From positions 713,903 to 777,902 of the forward strand of contig KV454017.1 in the NCBI GenBank assembly GCA_001661245.1: 64,000 nucleotides of DNA, written 5' to 3'. Position 1 is the first letter of the stretch. Every line of letters starts with the position of its first letter. Under the pieces are notes generated by a model. That model was not told where the DNA came from. It made no database searches and saw only the letters and a program-made list of their open reading frames with translations. Made by a program: the position numbers and the translations under genes. Below are positions 11,094 to 24,955 of the stretch, in pieces. The DNA comes from Pachysolen tannophilus NRRL Y-2460 (lineage: Eukaryota).

Positions 11094-13691
11094 ATGGTGG
11101 TCGCTATGAATGTTTCTACGATAACAACACCAAAAACTATACCAAGTACAAATACAAATAATAAGAAAGGCGGTAAGGTTAAGAAACGTCTAATTGAAGC
11201 GCCGACTCTCCACCCATCGGATGAAGAATTTAATGATCCAATTGGATATTTGAGTAGACCAGAAATAGTACAATTGGCCGAAAATTATGGTATTTTAAAA
11301 ATTGTTCCACCAAGAGGATGGAAACCTCCTTTTTGTATTGATAAAGATTCATTCAAATTTCATACAAGGTTACAAAATTTAAAAGAACTTAATTTAGAAA
11401 ATAGACCAAAAATTTTTTTCTTGGAAAGTTTAAATAATTTTTTAAATATGAAAAAAAAGAAACAAATTGATATTACAGAGGGAGAAGATAAAATAATATT
11501 GGATAATAATTTAACTATAGATTTGTATATGCTTTTCCAAATAACAGATCATGAACTTAATCTTGATAATGGTGGTATCATTGAATGGAATAAAATCAAT
11601 CAATATTTTAATTTACCAATTAAGGATACACAATTAAAAAAAATTTATGAACACTATCTTGAAGGTTATTCAAAATATTTAAAACATCTGAAACCTTTAT
11701 TATCAAAGAAAAAATCAGATGATGAATATGATAATGAAGGAAATTGTATGATTTGTTATAAAAATGATGACCCTCGTCATACTCTTATATGTGATGGATG
11801 TGAAGAAACTTATCATATGAAATGTTTAAACCCTCCTTTAAAAACAGTTCCTAAAAATGATTGGTATTGTGATAATTGTTTATTAGGTACTTTTGATTAT
11901 GGATTTGAAGAAGATTTTGATTCTTTATTTACAATTAATGAATTTCAAGATATTTGTAATGATTTTGAAAAAAATTATTTTTTAAAACATTTTAATACAA
12001 CTCAAAAACCAAGTATTAATCTATTAGAAAAAGAATTTTGGAGATTAGTAGATGGGAAATTTCTTGATCAAGAAGATGAAGATTTAGAAATTAGGTATGG
12101 TGCTGACATTCATAGTGATAAACTGGATGAAATTTCTGGATTCCCAACTATTGTTAACCCTAAGATTGATATAAATGATCCAAAGTATAAGAAATATATA
12201 AATCATCCTTTTAATTTAACAAACTTACCATTTTCCAAAGGTTCTTTACTAAATTATATTAAAGATAAAGAAATTTCAGGTATGACGGTGCCCTGGATTT
12301 ATGTTGGTTCACTTTTTTCAACTTTTTGTTGGCATAAAGAAGATCATTATACATTATCTTCAAATTATTGTTATTTTGGTGCTACTAAAAAATGGTATGG
12401 TGTTCCAGCTAAATATGAATCATTATTTGAAGAAATAATGATTAATTCATCACCAGAATATTTTAGAAGACAACCTGATTTGCTTCATCAATTGGTTACT
12501 TTGTTATCTCCAGAAACTATTTTAGAAAAAGCAGGTGATCGAGAAATAACGATTGTACAAGCGAATCAAAATGAAAATGAATTCATTGTTACATTCCCAA
12601 AAGTTTATCATGCTGGATTTAATTGTGGTTTAAATTTTAATGAAGCAGTTAATTTTACAATGCCTTATTGGATTAAAGATGCATATGGTGCAATTGCTTC
12701 TTATAAACAAGTTGGAAAGGAAAATGTTTTCAATTACTATAGATTATTGGAAAGAATTTTAAAAGAATTTCAAAATATACCAATAGAAGAAATTTATAAA
12801 AATGAAAAAAGATATAATGGTGGTTATTTATCAATGATTAAAATTTCTATAAAAGATTTTTCAAATGAGTATAATAAAAATTTTAAAGATTTTGAAAAAC
12901 TTAACAAGAATGATTTGATTTCAAGTTTACAGAAATTAAAATATACAGAACCTGAATCACAAGATGAAGATTTGAATTACAGTAGGAAAAGAAAAAGAAG
13001 GAATAGATCATATAAAAATGAAGATGAACTACTTTGTGCTCATTGTAAATCATATATCAATTTTAAATGGATTGAATTAAATAATAATATTGATCATCAT
13101 ATCAATTTACAATTGCATACTCCAGATCTGACTCCAGCAGCACTTTATGTTCATCAACTGTTGCTTCAACGCACTAAAAATGAAGAAGCTGAATTTCAAA
13201 GGATTATAAAAGAAGCCAAGAGATTAGCTGAAATTACTGAAAATGAAGAAGAAAATTTAGAGAATATTAATAATAGTAATCAAACAAGTTCTAGAGAATC
13301 TTCAGTGATGAGTTCAAATTCCACATCTTCCGATAATAAAGTGAGAAAATCGAAAAGACTTAAGAAATTAGAAGGTTCTGAAACAAAGAAACTTTTACCT
13401 TCATTTTCTGAAGAAGAAGAAGAATCAAGAATGAAAAAGAAGACAAAAAATTTAAAGAATAAACTTTATATATGTGTTGATGATTTTTTGAAAATTTTGA
13501 ATGAAGATGATAAAGATTTTAATACTCGGATATTAAGAAATTTTCAAGTGAGCAATGTTACGAATTTGATTTTGAAAAAAACCAAAGTATACTATAGCGA
13601 AGATGACGATACGATTTTACGTTTTATTAATGATATCAATAATAAATTTGAGAAAATTGTTGGAAAAAACGATGAGATCTCACTCAATTAA
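11094..13691 (+). CDS. JHD2: JARID1-type H3K4 demethylase (JmjN, ARID-like, PHD, JmjC)
   Basis: JmjN (APTLHPSDEEFNDP...YGILKIVPP), PHD finger (CMIC...CDGC...H..C...WYCDNC), JmjC with intact HKED and YHAGFN. Confidence 0.92.
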   Translation: MVVAMNVSTITTPKTIPSTNTNNKKGGKVKKRLIEAPTLHPSDEEFNDPIGYLSRPEIVQLAENYGILKIVPPRGWKPPFCIDKDSFKFHTRLQNLKELNLENRPKIFFLESLNNFLNMKKKKQIDITEGEDKIILDNNLTIDLYMLFQITDHELNLDNGGIIEWNKINQYFNLPIKDTQLKKIYEHYLEGYSKYLKHLKPLLSKKKSDDEYDNEGNCMICYKNDDPRHTLICDGCEETYHMKCLNPPLKTVPKNDWYCDNCLLGTFDYGFEEDFDSLFTINEFQDICNDFEKNYFLKHFNTTQKPSINLLEKEFWRLVDGKFLDQEDEDLEIRYGADIHSDKLDEISGFPTIVNPKIDINDPKYKKYINHPFNLTNLPFSKGSLLNYIKDKEISGMTVPWIYVGSLFSTFCWHKEDHYTLSSNYCYFGATKKWYGVPAKYESLFEEIMINSSPEYFRRQPDLLHQLVTLLSPETILEKAGDREITIVQANQNENEFIVTFPKVYHAGFNCGLNFNEAVNFTMPYWIKDAYGAIASYKQVGKENVFNYYRLLERILKEFQNIPIEEIYKNEKRYNGGYLSMIKISIKDFSNEYNKNFKDFEKLNKNDLISSLQKLKYTEPESQDEDLNYSRKRKRRNRSYKNEDELLCAHCKSYINFKWIELNNNIDHHINLQLHTPDLTPAALYVHQLLLQRTKNEEAEFQRIIKEAKRLAEITENEEENLENINNSNQTSSRESSVMSSNSTSSDNKVRKSKRLKKLEGSETKKLLPSFSEEEEESRMKKKTKNLKNKLYICVDDFLKILNEDDKDFNTRILRNFQVSNVTNLILKKTKVYYSEDDDTILRFINDINNKFEKIVGKNDEISLN

Positions 13692-14380
13692 AAAAAATAA
13701 AAATATGGGATCGGATATTATGGGCATAACTTGCATGTGTTTTTATTAAAATTTTTTTTTTTTTTTTTTTTTTGGTATTTTTTTTTTGTGGTAATTTGTA
13801 GATAATACTAATAATATTTACTGATTTTCTATTTTCAATTGATTAAAAAAATTTTTGAAGACTAATTAATTATCATTTTTATATTGTAAGGTATCTTTAA
13901 TCATAAATGTATTTATTTTTTCTTTCCAGGGTAGTGGTGAAAAAAGGGGAAGTATCCGGTATCCCTTTTTTTTTCTGGGCTTTTGAACAATTGCTTTCAC
14001 GCAATAATAGTTGATGAGAACGCCACGCCACACCACACTATTTCTAGAAAAAAAAAAAAAAANAAAAAAAAAAACAATTGTGGCGTGTAAATCTTTTCTT
14101 GAAATTTTATTAAAACTACTCAATTGTTACATTACATACACTTCTCAAACAACTAGTACCAATTCCCAATTTCCAATCCCCATGTCCATGCCCATGACCA
14201 TTCTCGCTCTTGTGCTCATTGCCAGAAACATATAGACCAACTTTACAAACATTGATTGCAATCTTACATAACTCAAGTTTTCCATTCCAATATCCATATT
14301 GGTGAACCCGTGCATCGGATGTGGCTAATTAACAAACAAACAAACAAAAAAAAAAACACAATTTTTTTTTCCCGCCAAAA

Positions 14381-14388
14381 CCGGGTAA
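14381..14388. promoter_or_regulatory. Reb1-type site CCGGGTAA upstream of ATP2, with several CCAAT boxes nearby
   Basis: Exact match to the reverse complement of TTACCCGG, about 300 bp upstream of the ATP2 ATG. Confidence 0.4.
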
Positions 14389-14680
14389 TTTCTCAACCGG
14401 GTTGGTCCAATAAAAATTTGAGATTTTGCTCAAGCATCTTAACGCTGGGAACTAAGAGAAAACACCCTCGGACATTGTCCCCGGAATGGCCTCGTATTGT
14501 TGGATTTGTCCAATAACCTTATGAATTCTTTGAACAAGTTTTCTCTCAAATTTTTTTTTTTTTTTCAATTCCTAAAATACCAAGAATACTTTTTAACTAT
14601 ATAATATATATTAGATTCATAAAAATATTAATAAAACTATACCTAATTGATAATTTTTATAGCTCTATAAGTTATTAACC

Positions 14681-16757
<2,077 letters not shown>

Positions 16758-18165
16758 ATTCAATAGCACATTTGTTTACAATTGTCTTACATTTGTCTTC
16801 TTCATAAAAGGATAATATTTTTTTTTTTGTTGCCTCTCCGCTACTCCCCATATTTTAGAATTATATTAAAAATCAAAAATGACTTTTTTTTATATATATT
16901 TTATTTAGTTAATGAAATTCGAGATGATTTAAAGTTGATTTTTTAAGTTTGTTTAAATATTATATACAAAGAGTTAAAATATTAGCCCTTTGCTATTCGA
17001 TCTATATTTCAATTGAAGTTTTCCTTGCAAAAAAGTTCATCTTTTCACATCATTCTAATTACTTTAAAAACTTTATTTTTCATTTAATAATTTATTGTAA
17101 AGGGAAAATAATTGATTTATTTGTAATCTCTCCAAATAACAGAAATAATAATATGAAATATTTACCGGGTTTGAACCATGAATTTCGTGCTTCCAGATGC
17201 CGGTTCCTTTTCTAAGTCAATTAAAATCAAATTTATTTTTTTTTTTTTTGAAAAAAAAGAGTTTTAGAGTTTTTGTAATTGATTTGTTATATTGGCCAAA
17301 GTTTTTTAGAAATGTAGGTGAACGCCTTGTTTTAACAGTAATCGAAAATATCAAAAGAAGAGATAATTAAAATTTTTAGTAACAAACCATCCATACTAGC
17401 CTGAATTTTCATTAAAATGTGCTAGGTCTTGCAAAAAAAATGAAGCAAGAAAAGGCAACGCGCATTTAACCATCAATTAAAGATTTTTCTCCTTTACCTA
17501 AACCACTAATGTTATTACTACATTTTTTCAAACTATTAAAAAAAAATTAATAATTGATCAAGGTTTTCAAATTCCTAAATTTATAAAAAAGTAACATTCA
17601 AGGATGAAAAATGGAAAAGTGATTTGCGTTAAAATTTCTTAATACAGAGAGAGAGAGAGATCTTCACAAAATTTTAGAACTGCAAAATGAAAACAAAATT
17701 CCTCAAGTATTAGGTGCATGCGTCCGATTCCAAGCAATGCATTAAAAGAAGGCAATTCATTTAAAGCTATAAAGTGTCTTGATCAGCAATACTTGATTCG
17801 GATATTACTTTCTTTCTTCTACAAATAATTAAATCAATTTTATTTTTTTTTTATTGGAAAAAAGAAAATCATTTATTGAAAAATGCCATTTGGGTATTTA
17901 CCAACATAATAGTAATTTATAATAACATAATGAGAAAAGAGTTTTTCTTTCTCTTTGTTTTGATGTTCTGATATTGTTCTTATATAAGGCAAACGTAAAT
18001 GTAAAATAGGAGGGAAAAAAAAACAACAAACAAATTAATTAATAAATAAAACGAAAAACTAAGACCAAATGAGAGAAGAAAAAAGAAGCCGACTTTTGGA
18101 AAGATAAAAAAAAGAAAAAAAAAAAAACTAGAACACAAGTAATAATAAAATTAACAACCTAAACC

Positions 18166-19944
18166 TTAAGCCTTATCAGAATTATCTGAGCTCAGTTGGA
18201 CTGTGTAGTGGTCCAAGTCATTAACATTACCATATTTAGATTGATAATTCAGTTTTGAAACATCAACTTCACCATGGAATTTTTCATTAATTTCTTCTAA
18301 AGTCATACGCTTAGTTTCTGGAATCAAAAGAGAGGTAAATATACCTAATAACATAAATAATGCAAAAATTTCCATAACGTGTGGTAACCAACAATCGGTA
18401 TCAGTTGATGAACAATCATGGTCTTCTAAAGTACCAATAGCAGATTGAGCAACAATAGCACCAATCTTACCACAAGCAGCAGAAATACCATGAGCAGTAG
18501 ATCTATATCTTGTTGGATAAATTTCACCTGGAACAATAAAAGTTGTAGTATTTGGACCAAAATTTTCAAAAAATTGAGCCAAGATATACATAGCTAATAA
18601 ACCATGTTCACCAATCCTGTGGTAACCAAAACCCATAATACATAAGATAGCAGTTAATAAGACAAAACCAGCAATTTGAATTGGTTTTCTTCCAATCCAA
18701 TCAACTGTCGCAACAGAAAACCAATAACCTGGAATAGAACCTGCACAAATTAAAATCAAATTACCTGCACTAGCATTATATAAGGAATGATAAACATTTT
18801 TAGAAGAAGCATAACCAATAGCTTCTAAGATAACAGCAGAATTTAAACCTAAACCATAATAAGCAATATCCAACATAAACCATGAACCAGCAGTACCAAT
18901 TAATAATTTCATATGTCTCCATTTACTGAAATGGACAAAGAAATCACGAGCAGAAGCTTTTGGAGGAGTTACAACATCATCATTAATAGAAGCAATTGCA
19001 GTAAGATCTTTAAGAACTTTAATATCTTCTGCATCAGCGTTACCATTCTTACCTGAAATAAATTTACCTGTATCAGCAGCACCTTTATCAAAGTTATATT
19101 CGACATCTAATGTATAACGAGGACTTTCTGGAATTGTTAATCTAAAGTATAATGCAATACAACCTGGAACACATCCAAAACCAACCAAGATTCTCCACAT
19201 TTGATCACAAGCTTTAATACATTTGGCATCACATTCTGATGCTTTAGCAGCATAAATTAAATCATCTTTATAACCGGCAACACAACAGATGGCAACAATA
19301 CCAGCCATCAATTGACCCCAACCTTGGTTAGCAAAGACAGCACCCATAATAGCACCTCTAAATCTTGTAGTTGAGAACTCTGAAGTAATAATGGAAGATA
19401 ATGGATAATCACCACCAATTCCAATACCCATAATAATTCTCCAAAAAGTGAAAATTGGAACAAATCCAATAGCTGGAGAATGACCAAGACAACATTGCAT
19501 AACAGTGGCACTAATCATAACTATAAGTTCAATACCATAAATTTTTTTACGACCAAGACGATCACCTAAATAACCAAAACTAACTTGACCAATAACTGTA
19601 CCAATAGAAGTTGAAAGTTTTAATAAAGTAGAAGTTGGAGAAGGCATTGAACCAGCCCAATAAACATATGCTAACATTGAAACAGCTAAATTAATAGCAA
19701 AAAGATCATAAGCATCTGTCATAAAACCAACACCAGCAACAAAAATTGCTCTAACATGGTACCAACCAAATTTAGCATTATCAATTTTTTCTAAAGCTAA
19801 TCTTCTTCTTTCCAATGGATCTTCAACATCAGCAAAATCGTTGATATAGTTGTGGAAAGCAGCATTACCACCGGCAGTCAAATGACCGGTATGGTGATCT
19901 GGATGTGCTATACCAGCAGGAACTTCATTCTCATTTGTAGCCAT
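18166..19944 (-). CDS. PHO84: High-affinity phosphate:H+ symporter (MFS)
   Basis: ATG at 19944 (MATNENEV). AAFHNYINDF, GIGIGGDYPLSS, FFENFGPNTTTFIVPGE. Confidence 0.95.
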   Translation of the reverse strand: MATNENEVPAGIAHPDHHTGHLTAGGNAAFHNYINDFADVEDPLERRRLALEKIDNAKFGWYHVRAIFVAGVGFMTDAYDLFAINLAVSMLAYVYWAGSMPSPTSTLLKLSTSIGTVIGQVSFGYLGDRLGRKKIYGIELIVMISATVMQCCLGHSPAIGFVPIFTFWRIIMGIGIGGDYPLSSIITSEFSTTRFRGAIMGAVFANQGWGQLMAGIVAICCVAGYKDDLIYAAKASECDAKCIKACDQMWRILVGFGCVPGCIALYFRLTIPESPRYTLDVEYNFDKGAADTGKFISGKNGNADAEDIKVLKDLTAIASINDDVVTPPKASARDFFVHFSKWRHMKLLIGTAGSWFMLDIAYYGLGLNSAVILEAIGYASSKNVYHSLYNASAGNLILICAGSIPGYWFSVATVDWIGRKPIQIAGFVLLTAILCIMGFGYHRIGEHGLLAMYILAQFFENFGPNTTTFIVPGEIYPTRYRSTAHGISAACGKIGAIVAQSAIGTLEDHDCSSTDTDCWLPHVMEIFALFMLLGIFTSLLIPETKRMTLEEINEKFHGEVDVSKLNYQSKYGNVNDLDHYTVQLSSDNSDKA

Positions 19945-20188
19945 TATTATTTCCTTTCTTTTATTTTTTTTTGAATTTAAGAATAGAGAGAAAAAAACTC
20001 CAAATAGCAAATAACAATTAAAAGCTAAATAATAATTGTTTGAAAGAATAAAGAATAAAGAACAGAATAAAATTATATTTAAAAAGAATAGAAATCTTGA
20101 ATTATAGTAAAATGATCAAGGAATTTGAAGATACTTTATACTCCTACAACTAACAATCAACCAACTCCATAATAATACCGCTTTCACA

Positions 20189-21165
20189 CACGTGTGCTAG
20201 AAACTCAAAGATATGCATGCAAGATTGGAAAATAATGTATTCAAGCCGCACTGAAAAATTTTTGATAGAAAAATGTTAAGTAAAAATGTATGTAGTTTAT
20301 CGTTTCTTTTTCTTTACAAACATTTTTTGGTGTAACACGTGCAATGAAAATAGGCTAGGAAATGCCAAATAAAAAAAAATAAAAAATTAAATACCAAAAA
20401 ACGTTCCAAACTAAATATTTTGTTACTAGGTACGAGCGGTACTTAATGCAATAATTTTAGTTATAGTAATGTTTTCTTTGTAAAAATTACGGAGATTTGG
20501 GCATTAAAACAGTTGAAGAGAGAGAAAAAAAAAAAAGATCTGTAGCAACAATGTAAAATGTTACTCGTGTGATATTTTAATGATACTTATTATTAACTCC
20601 CACGGGTTCGCTTAAAGTGAAAAAGAAATAAAAGATGTGCATTTGACTATTGGATTGTCACTTCACAAGCAGCATAAATAAAGAAGAAGAAAAAAAATTA
20701 ACGATAGAAGCGATAAAAAAAAAGTACAGAATTACCAAGTGATGGTTGTTGGATCGATCGATCATTGATTGGTGAAAAAAAAAGAAAATAAGTAAAAAAA
20801 AATAAAAAGAGGGGGAAACAACAATAAAAAGTTTTTTTTTTTAATAAATTAATAGTAAAAGTAATATAAACGGTAGTGTCTAAACGACTAATTACATTAT
20901 ATATGATTGATTATATAACGATTAGAGGCTTTAGCTTATCTATTTTCTTTATTAAAGCTGAAAACGGTAAGGAAAGAAGGCACGTGGGATAAGATTTGTA
21001 AAAATCAAAAAAAAAAAAATATTCAAATTTTTTAAAAAATTCTATACAGAATGCCTCAACTTATTTTTCAAAATCTAAAGTTTCTTTCTATGTTTGTTTC
21101 TCTCTCTTTTTTTTCTCTTTTTTTTTTTTTTTTAGGGTTTACTACAGAGAGCTTATACAAACGTG
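20189..21165. promoter_or_regulatory. Cluster of Pho4-type E-boxes upstream of PHO84
   Basis: CACGTG at 20189-20194, 20336-20341 and 20981-20986 (the last in GCACGTGGG context), plus CACGTT (minus strand) at 21160-21165. Minus-strand TATAAAG at 20140-20134. Confidence 0.75.
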
Positions 21166-21494
21166 TTGATCCGAATTATCAAGTTGCGTTTTTTTTTTTT
21201 TTTTGTGAAAACAAGAATAAATGTATAGATAGATAGATAAATATATCATGTTGAAAATAGCATTAGCTGAAAAATAGAAAAAAAGAAAGAAATAAAAATA
21301 TTGCCTTTCCGTTTATTTCTTTTTTTTTTTATTATTTCTTTTGCTTTCTTTCCCCAGTGGTAACGTAACTTTAAGGTATTAAATAAGGTAATAGTAGGTA
21401 AAATATTATATTATATTGTATGATGATTTTATAAAATTAAAGGACGCAAAGACTTAAATATACTACTTGCATATATTATATATCCGTAAATCAA

Positions 21495-22412
21495 TTAATA
21501 ATAAAAAGTTTGGAAAATTTTTTTTTTTTCATCTGGCTTTTTCAATAATTCAAATTGATTTTTTTTGCTTCTTAAGTAAGCAATTATTTTTTCCATCATT
21601 TCCATCTTGCTCATCTTCATTAATTTGTTTTCTTTTCTTTTTTTCCTTTTTAATTTTTTTTTAAATTTTGTTAAATTATGATATAATCCTAATTTTTTCA
21701 AAATTTGTAATCTAGTTTCAAGTAATTTTAATTCATTATCATTTGTAGGGTTTATTTGAATAACATCTCGTATTAATGTTTCATTATTACAATTAGGACA
21801 TAAGAATTTTTTTCCAAAAAATTCATTAATTTCTTCTTCTTCTTTATTATTATTATTTTTAAATTTTTTATTTTCAACTTTAATTAATTCATCAATCAAT
21901 TTTTTATCAAGACAACATCCACAAGGTACAAGATAAACTATTTTCAAATTATTAAAATCTTGTTCTTTACCAATTGTTTCTATCATTTTTATTAAATTTG
22001 AATTCAAATCAACAATATCATTTATAGAATTTAAATACCAAAGTTCATTAATTAAATCATTATTTATTATACCAATTTTTTTATCAATTAAAAATTTTAA
22101 AAAATTTTCTTTATTCATTAAATTTCCTTGATAATCAGAAACTATTGGTGGTTTTAAAACTGATGATGGATTAATTTTACAAAATTTATAATTTAATTCA
22201 ATTTGTGCATTTGTCTTTAATTTTAAAGATTCTCTTGATGTCTTATTGATAGAATCTAAATTTAAAATTTCTCTTCTAGTTGGAATAGTACCACCATCAT
22301 TCTAAATTTATCATTTATGTTAGTAACTAATATCCAATATAGATAGATAGATAAGGTTTCCTCTCTTTTCTCTTCAAAATAACAAAAAAAAATTTTTTTT
22401 ACTTACACCCAT
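21495..22412 (-). CDS. RTF2: Replication termination factor 2 family RING-like protein; exons 22412-22407 and 22301 onwards; 3' end uncertain
   Basis: ATGGGT then GTAAGT at 22406, TACTAAC at 22325-22319, TAG at 22302. The spliced N-terminus MGNDGGTIPTRRE is the Rtf2 signature. Also PIVSDYQGNLMNKE, PCGC and CPNC. Confidence 0.85.
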
Positions 22413-22730
22413 CTTCAACTAATTCTTAAATTATAATTATTAAAAATATATCTTTATAAAAAAACGCACTTTTTTATTTTATTTTATTTTATTTTTTCAG
22501 TTTTTCTTATATACTAACACTACAATAAAAGAAAGAATTTAGAAAATTTACAATTTAAAGATAATAAATAAATAATACATATAATCAAATGTTTTTCATT
22601 CATATATATACAAGTATAAAAATCCTAGAAGAAGAAGAAAAAGAAAGCAAGTAAAAAAAAAAAAAGAAGTTCAAATCTTAATAAAAACTAATTTACCATA
22701 AAAATAATTGGTTTCATTTATTCATTTAAT

Positions 22731-23082
22731 CTAAGTAGATTCTTCATTTCCCTGAGCAATTGCTTGAGCTTTAGCAACATTTCTTTCTCTTTCCAGCGTC
22801 AATCTTAATTCATTTTCTTTCCCACTGCTGTATAAAGTATACGAAACACTACCAACCATATAAACTAAACAAAAGAATAAATTTTTTTTATAAGAAAAAA
22901 AAAGTCAGTCAGTACCGTGAGCTCTCTTTAATTATTAATTTTTTTTTTTTTTTTTTTTTTACTAATAGCGGCTAATATTAATAAATTTTTTAATACATAC
23001 AAGTAAACCCAACTAACCCAACTACAGTGAGTCTATGAACTATGTCTGTACCTCTAGTGTACCACGGATAATATCTAGCCAT
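22731..23082 (-). CDS. COX14: Cytochrome c oxidase assembly factor; exons 23082-23001 and 22864-22731
   Basis: [43 protein letters not shown] matches Cox14. GTATGT donor at 23000, TACTGAC branch 22914-22908, TAG at 22865. Missed by the ORF track. Confidence 0.9.
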
Positions 23083-24055
23083 TTCTTTCGACTACCTTAT
23101 TCTAATAGATATAACAAATGGTTTACAATTATATTATTTTATAAAAGAAAAATTGACCAAAAATATAAAAAAGAAAAAAAAAAAAAAAATTAAATCACAT
23201 ACAATAATGGTAGTGTGAACAATAAGCAAAAACCCAAAAATAGAAATAAAAACAGCACGGGTCAATTAGAGCTTCAAATGGCAGTAACAATATTTGGTAG
23301 TGTAAGTAATTGGGATATCCGGACGTGTCACTTACTCGTGTCACATATAAAACGAGCAAATATACTAAATTTCCTTAAAAGGAAATAATTTTTTTTTTTT
23401 GCTTTTTTCTTTTTTAGCTAATTTCAAACTTCTCTTTTCCTTTTTCAAATAAGCCTGCACCATTTCGTTCTTTTTTTACGTTCATTCTCTCGCCCCTTCG
23501 CATATACTTCGCATACATTATCTTTTTTGCTTAGTTTTAGTTTATCTGCCAATGTTTTTTTTAAAAAGAAAAATTCATTTTTTTTTTCAATTTAATCAAA
23601 AACCTTCCAAAATGGGGCAAAGGGCAAAATACTGAATTAAGCGAATTTCCAATTAATAAAAATATTTTTTAAATTATATTAAGCAGATATAAGGCCATCA
23701 TCTCTAGTTAATCTTTCTTTGCAACTTTGTTTATATAATAAAATTATTTATTGAAAAATAAATAAAAAGAAAAGAAAGACCCCCTTTTAATTAATTAATT
23801 AATTTTTTTGTTTTATTATTGTTATTGTTGTTGGACGTGTTAGTTTTTCATATCCATATATATATATATATCTATATCTATAGAAGAAGGTAATTAATTA
23901 CTGTATGAGTTTATTCAAGATTATATAATTTTAATTAATTTTGGGTTTTGAAATTTCACTATTAGCTACAAGAGTTTGCTCTACAATATTATTATTATTA
24001 TTATAAAAAAAAATATTTATCGTTGCTAATACTATTTTTTTTTTTCGCTTTAATA

Positions 24056-24955
24056 ATGTCAACTGCTATTGATGAAAAGAAAGCTTTGATTGATTTAGAA
24101 TCACAACACATTAAGAAAAAGAAAAGAAATCCTCTTTTCAAATTTATTACTTCAGATACATTTCTTATTTTAACATTAATTACTTCAATTGTTTTATTAT
24201 ATATTGTTATTACAACATCTTCAAATAAGAAATTTAGTGTGACAAATGGTAATTCAAATGGGAATAATCATGCAAATAAACAATTATTATCAATTCCTGT
24301 TAATGATCAAAATACTTTTAGAAAAATGAATTTAGAATCATCAGGTAGTAATACAAAATTAACAAAAAGTAAAAATAAAAAAATTGACCTGTCAACAGAT
24401 CCTGATCAAAGATTACTGGAAGATATAAGGAAAACTCAAGAAGATAATACAAATAATATTAATAATAATAAAAATAAAAAATCTTTAACAAATAAAGGTG
24501 ATAAATTTAATGTACTTGAAGAATATAATGCTATTGTTGCACTCTCACCAGTAATATTAATAACATGGGATGATGAAATGAATGAAGTTCCTATAAAAGG
24601 TTATGAAGAAGGTGGAGATTCAGATTTATCACAACTGACACAACAAATAATTCAAAAAGATTATGAAATTTCAAAAAATTTTAAAAATTTAATTACAAAA
24701 TCTTATCAAATTTTCCCTCAACCAACTGTAGTTTCAATTGATAAACATCCACATTATTTGGAATTAATTAATTACATAATGAGTAAAGTTGAAGAATCAG
24801 GTATTTCTAAAAAAAATAAATTCTTACCAGGTTTAATTATTAATGGAAGACCTGTTGCTAGTGGTAAAGCAATTGAAAGTTTACACGGAAACGGCAAATT
24901 GGTTGAATATTTGAAAAATTGGGGTGATGGTGTTGTTAGTGTTGAAAAGTTATAA
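24056..24955 (+). CDS. Type II membrane protein with a Grx6/Grx7-like glutaredoxin domain lacking the active-site cysteine
   Basis: First ATG at 24056, one TM helix. C-terminal blocks FNVLEEYNAIVALSPVIL, IDKHPH, LPGLIING and LHGNGKLVEYLKNWGDG parallel Grx6/7. The protein has no Cys. Confidence 0.7.
   Translation: MSTAIDEKKALIDLESQHIKKKKRNPLFKFITSDTFLILTLITSIVLLYIVITTSSNKKFSVTNGNSNGNNHANKQLLSIPVNDQNTFRKMNLESSGSNTKLTKSKNKKIDLSTDPDQRLLEDIRKTQEDNTNNINNNKNKKSLTNKGDKFNVLEEYNAIVALSPVILITWDDEMNEVPIKGYEEGGDSDLSQLTQQIIQKDYEISKNFKNLITKSYQIFPQPTVVSIDKHPHYLELINYIMSKVEESGISKKNKFLPGLIINGRPVASGKAIESLHGNGKLVEYLKNWGDGVVSVEKL

Noticed and set aside
10362..14516. Short F/K/I/L-rich intergenic ORFs (for example 10362-10586, 10756-10965, 13866-14123, 14011-14235, 14256-14516) and similar ones elsewhere
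   Set aside because: They translate poly-A/T promoter tracts, often start at non-ATG codons and show no recognisable motifs.
17120..17240. Possible tRNA gene around GGTTCAAACCC (minus strand)
   Set aside because: The T-stem pairs poorly and no acceptor, D or anticodon arms can be built.
19945..20010. N-terminal extension of PHO84 in the ORF track (likewise UTP14 35948-35959, ABCG 32965-32982, Grx-like 24023-24055, ATP2 start at 15462)
   Set aside because: These begin at TTG-type near-cognate codons. A downstream ATG or an upstream exon gives the plausible start.
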